Notes under the pieces: model-generated
Seen by the model: the letters and a program-made list of their open reading frames with translations, nothing else
The model's database searches: none
Told to the model about the DNA's origin: nothing
Assembly (NCBI GenBank): GCA_030390025.1
Contig: CM059438.1
Coordinates: 68,326,001 to 68,390,000 of the forward strand
DNA: 64,000 bases
From: Squalus acanthias
Lineage: Eukaryota
Reading direction: 5' to 3'
Translations under genes and position numbers: made by a program
Part shown: positions 63,112-64,000 of the stretch, one piece after another
Layout: each line of letters begins with the position of its first letter
Numbering within the stretch: position 1 is the first letter of the stretch

Positions 63112-63505
63112 AACCAAGGTTACAAGTCCTCCTGGGAGACTGACAGATGAACTGAAATATGCTGAATTATTATAATATAGCAACAATACAGAACGGATTG
63201 CTTCAAAAGGTCATCCAGTGTATCGCCATAAGAGTTCTATGTTGAAAATAAACTGGAACCATCATGATTTTCCCCCCCATTATATATTGAAAGACAACTG
63301 CTGTATCGAAACAATAAAAAAAAGCATTTCAGGAATAGATACTTAAGACAAATTGAAACCTTAAATTGAGGCAATCAGAAGCCACTGTTTTCTTGTTATT
63401 TTCGCATGCTGGGTGTACTCAATTGGTGAGAACGGCATCAACCACCCCAGTTGAGGCATTGATGAAGAAAGCACTGCTGGATGGGTGGTTGGATACCACA
63501 GAGAG
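63112..63505 (+). other. Candidate exon (terminal or pseudogenised) of the unidentified host gene
   Basis: Strong acceptor tttctttcacAG and possible donor AG|gtaaca at 63506. No frame is open throughout; phase 2 reads TKVTSPPGRLTDELKYAELL*. Confidence 0.3.
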
Positions 63506-63904
63506 GTAACATTTGAAAATATAAATTTAAAGGTTCAAGGGGGGAGGGGAAGAGATTAAAAATAATATAATGAGGGATTATCATCTCTGCAAAGTTACTA
63601 GGCAGACGTCAGAGTTCCTCTATTAGTTATTTATTGCCACTAAAGTGCAAACCTTTTGACTCGTTCATAAAGCATAATTGGTTGACTCCCAAATGCTACA
63701 ACAAAATACTTAGCATTTATATACCACCTTACTATGTCCTCACAATGTGGTGAAGTGCTCCACAGGCAGTGAATTATTTTAGAATTGAAGTCACCATAAT
63801 TATATAGACACAAGTGGCAGCCATTTTGTGGACAGCAAGAGCCTACAAAATGCAAATATTTATTTCTGGTGATAGTGGTGAACGGTTCTTTTTTAAACCG
63901 GAAG

Positions 63905-64000
63905 GAAGTATAAAATGGTGTTACCCGGGGTCAGCATTAGGACCACTGCTGTTTTTGATATATATATTGGCCCAGATATTCCGATTGCAGGCCTTCCGCG
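63905..64000 (+). mobile_element. CR1 RT fragment interrupted at 63969 by the start of a MITE of the 1542 family
   Basis: GGTGTTACCCGGGGTCAGCATTAGGACCACTGCTGTTTTTGATATATAT (GVPQGS.LGP region), then GGCCCAGATATTCCGATTGCAGGCCT. Confidence 0.8.

Noticed and set aside
56326..63400. Selenocysteine UGA formed by joining exon 56327 to 63112
   Set aside because: No convincing SECIS (AUGA...AA...GA stem) is visible downstream, there is no resemblance to selenoprotein families I know, and the junction itself is unverified.

Overview
A repeat-dominated, intron-like or intergenic vertebrate window. The repeat repertoire (CR1 LINEs with shark-type tails, Deu-domain SINEs, L2, Penelope-like termini, many PIF/Harbinger elements) points to a cartilaginous fish; this is inference, as no search was run. 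The centrepiece is a full-length, near-intact Harbinger transposon (23822-28043; 16-bp TIRs, ATA TSD). It carries a DDE transposase and a convergent three-exon Myb/SANT gene, and is accompanied by a deletion derivative and more than 10 MITEs, several nested. Also present: two solo LTRs, a decayed Gypsy gag, a LINE with a tRNA-like head and no visible ORF1 together with its bipartite SINE derivative, Penelope-like termini containing minimal hammerhead-ribozyme cores, a 25-bp G/C-skewed minisatellite, and a few candidate + strand exons of a host gene I cannot identify. No prokaryotic features, rRNA, true tRNA or CRISPR arrays were found. All coordinates were read by eye.
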